A DNA stretch of 64,000 nt. It comes from a bacterium (GTDB lineage: Bacteria; Pseudomonadota; Alphaproteobacteria; Rs-D84). The position numbers and the translations under genes are program-made. Below, one piece after another: positions 59,220 to 64,000 of the stretch. Below the pieces are notes generated by a model. The model was not told the origin of the DNA. It searched no databases and was given only the letters and a program-made list of their open reading frames with translations. The stretch covers positions 54,918 to 118,917 of the forward strand of contig JAAVBP010000004.1 of NCBI GenBank assembly GCA_014803525.1, in the 5' to 3' direction. Position 1 is the first letter of the stretch. Every line of letters begins with the position of its first letter.

Positions 59220-60128
59220 TTATTTATACATTTTGTTTATCATAACGTCAGCAAAGCTGCCCGGGATTGGATTTTCCGCACCGCGATAGGTCAACTTTTG
59301 AAAGAACGCACCCGACGTAATTTCATCAAACAGACGTTGATCAAACGCCGCATCACGCACATCCCACCACAACGCATGCGTTGGATCTTGATCAACCTGG
59401 GGCATTTTTGCAAAATACTTTGCGGCGGTTTTATCGTTTTGTACCAACGCCTTGAACATCAACTGATGCATGAAATAGTCAAATTCGCGTGGTTCCGCCA
59501 TCCAGAAATTCAATATCATTTGACGCCACGCGCCAATCAGATACGCGCCGCGCCGTGCATGAATAAAACAGTTTTGGATAAAGCTGTACGGACTGCCAAC
59601 CTTGTCACCGGCCATGTATACAAAAAAGTCTGTATCTGCAATCCAGTCTGGGATTGGGGCGGTTGCAAACCCGGTTGAATCCAACCAGAAACCACCATAT
59701 TGATACAACAATTCCACGCGACAAATATCTGCAAAATGCGCATTTGATATTTGTCCACGGCGACGTTTTTCCATTATAACATCCGGCAGCGTTATATAAT
59801 CCCACAGTGTTTTTTCATCCAAGATAACTAAATCCTGGTCTGTGCAATTTTTACGCACACTGCGCCAGCATGCCTTGACCAACGCCGGCGCATTTTCTTC
59901 ACCTTGGAACCAAATGGTGAATATTTTCTCGCGCCCGGCGGGCTTTTGGGCGGGCGTCTCGGCCACTGTACCGGGCGCTGGGATATAGCGTTTTAAATAC
60001 CGGGGTATGGCAACCGTTGCCACATTACAGCGATGCGCACGCCGCGCATCACGCGACCGCCACAATGGATTTAATATATGCGCCCGTAATACAATATCCG
60101 CCAACGCAAATGTCCGGCTAAGTTTCAT
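59220..60128 (-). CDS. glycosyltransferase, sugar-binding DXD type (Gly_transf_sug/Caps_synth-like)
   Basis: KIFTIWFQGEE start of domain and a DXD-like motif, as recalled. Confidence 0.5.
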   Translation of the reverse strand: MKLSRTFALADIVLRAHILNPLWRSRDARRAHRCNVATVAIPRYLKRYIPAPGTVAETPAQKPAGREKIFTIWFQGEENAPALVKACWRSVRKNCTDQDLVILDEKTLWDYITLPDVIMEKRRRGQISNAHFADICRVELLYQYGGFWLDSTGFATAPIPDWIADTDFFVYMAGDKVGSPYSFIQNCFIHARRGAYLIGAWRQMILNFWMAEPREFDYFMHQLMFKALVQNDKTAAKYFAKMPQVDQDPTHALWWDVRDAAFDQRLFDEITSGAFFQKLTYRGAENPIPGSFADVMINKMYK

Positions 60129-60148
60129 ACCATACCCCCTGTTTTACC

Positions 60149-61219
60149 TTATTCTCCATCAACCCCGACGTCATCTTCGTCCGACGGGCCAGTTGTCATT
60201 TCTTCGGCAATACCGCCAGCGCGCGCCATGATTTTATCCAGCAGTTCCTTTTGTGCATCCGTATGATCACGCAGCCATGCACGCGCATTTGCCTCGCCCT
60301 GGCCCATACGTTCGTTATTGTATGAATAGAAACTGCCCGCTTTTTCAATCAGGTCATACTTTACGCCCATATCCAAGATTTCGCTGATGCGGCTTATACC
60401 TTCGCCATACATGATTTTAAAGTCAACGGTACGGAATGGTGGTGCAACCTTGTTTTTCACAACCTTGACCCGCGTTTCATTACCAACGACGTTTTCTTTA
60501 TCCTTGATCTGGCCGGTGCGGCGAATATCCAGACGCACAGACGCATAGAACTTTAACGCATTACCGCCGGATGTTGTTTCGGGATTACCAAACATAACAC
60601 CGATTTTCATGCGAATCTGGTTGATAAAGATCAAAAGAGTATTACTGCGCGCAACCGATCCCGCCAGCTTTTTCAACGATTGCGACATCAAACGCGCGGT
60701 TGTACCAACGAACGAGTCACCGATATTACCCTCCAGTTCCGCCTTGGGCACCAGGGCCGCAACACTGTCAATAACCACAACATCAACCGCACCGGATTTA
60801 ACCAGTGTATCAGTGATTTCCAATGCCTGTTCACCGGAATCGGGCTGGGATATAATCAATTCAGAAACATTTACCCCCAGCTTTTTTGCATAACTTGGAT
60901 CCAATGCATTTTCCGCATCGATATACGCGCATGTGCCGCCTTTCTTTTGCGCCTCGGCCACAGCATGCAGGGCCAACGTTGTTTTACCGGAACTTTCCGG
61001 GCCATAAATTTCAATAATACGACCACGCGGATAACCGCCAATGCCCAGTGCGATATCCAACCCCAGCGAGCCTGATGAAATCGCCTCTATATTCTGTTGG
61101 GATCCATCGCCCATTTTCATGATCGCTTCTTTACCAAACTGCTTCTGAATTTGTGCCAATGCAGATTCCAGCGCCGGATTTTTTCCAGATGTCGCCGCTA
61201 CTTCTTTCTTTGCCATCAT
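60149..61219 (-). CDS. recA: recombinase RecA
   Basis: GPESSGKTT Walker A motif; full-length RecA conservation. Confidence 0.95.
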   Translation of the reverse strand: MMAKKEVAATSGKNPALESALAQIQKQFGKEAIMKMGDGSQQNIEAISSGSLGLDIALGIGGYPRGRIIEIYGPESSGKTTLALHAVAEAQKKGGTCAYIDAENALDPSYAKKLGVNVSELIISQPDSGEQALEITDTLVKSGAVDVVVIDSVAALVPKAELEGNIGDSFVGTTARLMSQSLKKLAGSVARSNTLLIFINQIRMKIGVMFGNPETTSGGNALKFYASVRLDIRRTGQIKDKENVVGNETRVKVVKNKVAPPFRTVDFKIMYGEGISRISEILDMGVKYDLIEKAGSFYSYNNERMGQGEANARAWLRDHTDAQKELLDKIMARAGGIAEEMTTGPSDEDDVGVDGE

Positions 61220-61374
61220 TTCCCCTTTTATTTCTTAATGGAAATCATACAAGGAAAAAAGCCACTGCGCAATGAAATAGTTATCAAATGTTTTTATTTG
61301 AAATTTACTGTTTTTCGTGTAATATTATACACGTGACGACATGCGTCGTCCAACATTGGGGCTTCATATCCCCG

Positions 61375-61568
61375 CACAGTTGTTTCTGCGTGGCTGTGAA
61401 AAAGTGCAGAAATATAAAAACTAAGCAGCCCTTCAACGACTTACCGTGGTTGGAGGGCGCTGAATAGGGCCCACGGGTCTAATAAGGCGCGCTATACTGT
61501 GTGTAGATATGAACCTCCAACCATCTGAATTTTTTCCGATGGTTTTATTTTTTGCAAAGGGGGAAAAT
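61375..61568 (+). promoter_or_regulatory. structured leader element, variant copy L5
   Basis: GGTTGGAGG...CCTCCAACC helix at 61448-61520, then a T-run and AGGGGGA Shine-Dalgarno before the ATG at 61569. Confidence 0.45.
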
Positions 61569-61919
61569 ATGTCGGGAAAGCCATATCGCACAACGTTATT
61601 TGACATTAAACTGGGTGAATTAATTGCCATGCATCGCCGCATGCTGGGCATGTCACAGAAAGATTTAGCAGAAAAACTTGGTGTATCATTTCAGCAAATA
61701 CAAAAATACGAAACCGCCAAGAACAATCTATCTGCATCGCGCCTTTTTGAAATTGCAACCGTATTTGAAATGTCGGTTGGTCAACTGGTCGACGGCACAG
61801 AACAAAAATATATACTGGATTCAACAGGCACGGCAATACTGAAAATCATGTATAAAAAAATGAACTTTCAACAGCGGCTTGCACTGCTGCAAGTTGCACG
61901 CACAATGATTTCTGTTTAG
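61569..61919 (+). CDS. XRE-family HTH transcriptional regulator with a C-terminal extension
   Basis: LGMSQKDLAEKLGVSFQQIQKYETAKN HTH. Confidence 0.75.
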   Translation: MSGKPYRTTLFDIKLGELIAMHRRMLGMSQKDLAEKLGVSFQQIQKYETAKNNLSASRLFEIATVFEMSVGQLVDGTEQKYILDSTGTAILKIMYKKMNFQQRLALLQVARTMISV

Positions 61920-61921
61920 AT

Positions 61922-63109
61922 TTACTTCTTTTTTGTCAGCAAGATTCCAACCGATATCGCCCCGATCGCGGCACTGACACCCCAAACGGCCGCTGTTACG
62001 CCATAGATTGCAATGCATGCCGCACCCAAAATCGGTGCAACAACATTGGGCAAATTTACGCTGGTGCGAAATACGCCATAGAAACGTGTCTGCTCTGACT
62101 TTTTCGTGTTATCAAAGAACATCAAATCATGCACCGATTCCATTAATGCGCCCGATACCTGCCACAGGACAAATATCGCCAACAACGGAAATCCCGTCAT
62201 AATTGTTGCCGCGGCCGAAAATATTGCAAACGACCCAAACCCCAGCCCCAGCCAAATGGACTTGCCATATTTACGCACGGCACGACCCATAAATTCACTA
62301 AGTATCAAATAAGGCACAATCCCCAACGTCAATACCCAACCCAGCGTATCCTTGGAAAAACCGTTTTCGATAACAACAATCGGAACATACAAATAACGCA
62401 TTGCGCGCAATGAATAGTATCCGAAATTTATCGCATATGCACGCGTCATGCCGGGTGTTCTGAAAAACAACCGCGTATTTCGCCACAGCGCGCGCATCGT
62501 ACGCCGCGGATTTACCGGGCGGGCCCGTTTATCTTCTTGGACAATGCCAAAAAACCGAAAGAACAGCACCGCCGCCATATATATCGCCGCCGATGCAAAG
62601 AACGCCGCGCGATTATCAAAACGCGACGCAATTGCCACCGCAATCATCGGCGCAAACAGTGCACCAACATTCAACCACAAATGATACCGCGCATTTAATC
62701 GCGCCATACCGACGTCACGCGAAAAATCAGACATAAACAGCGGTATTAACATACTGCTTAGCGTGATCGCAAAACCGGTTGTGAAATCCAGTGCGATAAA
62801 CGTCCCCGGCCGGATAGAAAATCCCATCATCGCATAACACACAGCCAACATTAATAACGAAAAATAAAATAATTTTGCCTTGGAAAACTGGCGCAACAAT
62901 TCATTTGCGAATAATCCCACAAACATACAGAATGCCGCATATGCCGCAACATACACACCGACAATGGCCGACGAACGAAAAATTTCCAGTATAACCAGGG
63001 AATATACCGCATTATAAATACCATCGGCAAAACCGGTGAATAAACCAAAGTTCGCAAACGAAAACCCACTGACGAATTTGCGCATTGAAATATATCTGTC
63101 TTTGGCCAT
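61922..63109 (-). CDS. MFS transporter
   Basis: 12 predicted transmembrane segments, MFS-like 6+6 organisation. Confidence 0.7.
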   Translation of the reverse strand: MAKDRYISMRKFVSGFSFANFGLFTGFADGIYNAVYSLVILEIFRSSAIVGVYVAAYAAFCMFVGLFANELLRQFSKAKLFYFSLLMLAVCYAMMGFSIRPGTFIALDFTTGFAITLSSMLIPLFMSDFSRDVGMARLNARYHLWLNVGALFAPMIAVAIASRFDNRAAFFASAAIYMAAVLFFRFFGIVQEDKRARPVNPRRTMRALWRNTRLFFRTPGMTRAYAINFGYYSLRAMRYLYVPIVVIENGFSKDTLGWVLTLGIVPYLILSEFMGRAVRKYGKSIWLGLGFGSFAIFSAAATIMTGFPLLAIFVLWQVSGALMESVHDLMFFDNTKKSEQTRFYGVFRTSVNLPNVVAPILGAACIAIYGVTAAVWGVSAAIGAISVGILLTKKK

Positions 63110-63201
63110 GTAAAAAATCCCCCCACTGTTACGGGACGATTGTATCATAAAAATGCCCCCCGCGCAAACCTGTTCGCGTTGGATGAAGCCTGGGGGAATT
63201 T

Positions 63202-63519
63202 TTATTTTTTCTTTTGTTTCGCCGTTTTATCTTTTTTCCATGTGCACATACCCATGGTATGCAGTGGCAATGGCGGATCTGGCAGATTTACCGTACATAT
63301 ATTACGCATCTTATCTTCTAACACTGCCGGATGCCCGTTTAACTGGGTTGCCAATATCTTCGTTAATAATAATATCCGCTGCATGGGCAGCTTTTTGTTC
63401 GGATTTTCTGTAAAAAAAAGATATAAATCAATAATTATCTTTTCAACATCCGTTTCTTCCAATATCATGTTCACATCCGCATTATCTAATAATTGATGCA
63501 GTTGGCGCATCGCCGTCAA
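63202..63519 (-). CDS. hypothetical protein
   Basis: ORF overlapping 63482..63712 in another frame; possibly one frameshifted gene. Confidence 0.3.
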   Translation of the reverse strand: MTAMRQLHQLLDNADVNMILEETDVEKIIIDLYLFFTENPNKKLPMQRILLLTKILATQLNGHPAVLEDKMRNICTVNLPDPPLPLHTMGMCTWKKDKTAKQKKK

Positions 63520-63712
63520 AATATATTTTGGTAACCTGGGTATGTGGGCGACGCACGAATTTATCCATTTCCTGGTGCGCCATGCGCATTAATAAACTTA
63601 TATTCGTGACCGACGTTTCATAATCAGGATTTTTGTTATAGAAATCATTTAGTCTATAAATTAAATCAGCTGGATTATCCGGCATGGATGTTATTTGCTG
63701 TTTTTTGGTCAT
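63482..63712 (-). CDS. small hypothetical protein preceded by a leader element
   Basis: Start MTKKQQITSM with a GGGGG Shine-Dalgarno; leader copy B2 upstream. Confidence 0.35.
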   Translation of the reverse strand: MTKKQQITSMPDNPADLIYRLNDFYNKNPDYETSVTNISLLMRMAHQEMDKFVRRPHTQVTKIYFDGDAPTASIIR

Positions 63713-63900
63713 ATTCGCCCCCTGTTGTTTTTTATTAAAAAACCACCAGAAAAATTTCAAGTGGTTGGAGGTTCACTACTATATTCAACTACAGCGCTGC
63801 TTATTCAACATATTCACAGCCCTCCAACCGAGGTTGGAGATTTTCTGCATAAACAGGTTGAATGGAGTAGTGAGCTCCGCCCACGGGGTTACCCGCCGGC
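63713..63900 (-). promoter_or_regulatory. structured leader element, variant copy B2, with promoter
   Basis: Minus strand has TTGCAA, a 17-nt spacer and TATAAT about 63925-63897; helices CACTACT/AGTAGTG and ATTCAAC/GTTGAAT; GGTTGGAGG/CCTCCAACC; hairpin + T-run; Shine-Dalgarno. Confidence 0.5.
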
Positions 63901-64000
63901 GGAATAATTATATACCAACAAAATCCCAATTGCAAATATTAACTGGATTGCCGCGGCCGGGCTCGGACCAATGGCCCCCGACGGTTGCCACAAGCAGTCA
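63900..64000. repeat. repeat module ccaattgcaaatattaactggattgcc (promoter-bearing module, also at 34316) plus GC-rich modules
   Basis: Direct sequence identity with 34316-34343. Confidence 0.55.

Noticed and set aside
1-64000. tRNA, rRNA and tmRNA genes
   Set aside because: Visual scanning of the intergenic regions found no GTTCGA/TTCGAATCC-type T-arm signatures, cloverleaf-length spacers or rRNA-like segments. No tmRNA tag-peptide frame was recognised. A search tool (tRNAscan-SE, Infernal) would be needed to be certain.

Overview
This 64-kb window of a moderate-GC chromosome looks alphaproteobacterial, possibly from a Rickettsiales- or Holosporales-like endosymbiont; that taxonomic reading is inference from gene content only. 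It is dense in housekeeping genes on both strands, which I recognised by sequence motifs. The recognised genes are trxA, dksA, tatA, thrS, gltX, trmB, a ybeY-lnt fusion, rarA, suhB, rpmE, uvrD, dnaQ, ftsK, a PAP2 phosphatase, an S41 peptidase, secDF-yajC, mutL, greA, lptF/G, xerC/D, serS, trxB, typA and recA. Between these are several accessory features: (1) a multi-copy structured 5' leader (sigma70 promoter, long GGTTGGAGG...CCTCCAACC helix, intrinsic-terminator hairpin, Shine-Dalgarno) upstream of a family of small XRE-type helix-turn-helix genes and a few other genes, with compensatory base changes between copies, which suggests a new cis-regulatory RNA (riboswitch- or attenuator-like); (2) five tightly packed paralogous polytopic membrane-protein genes, one divergent and four co-directional, possibly a VirB6/TrbL-type expansion, with a perfect 12-6-12 palindrome in the divergent promoter; (3) a 501-aa cytoplasmic-type protein with a central GH24 lysozyme domain; (4) a surface locus of three beta-barrel outer-membrane-protein genes plus an 809-aa Cys-rich secreted protein; (5) a six-gene glycosyltransferase island next to recA; (6) intergenic clusters of GC-rich palindromic repeat modules (REP/BIME-like) and a tandem repeat 3' of ftsK. 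I found no rRNA, tRNA, CRISPR array, transposase or clear prophage.
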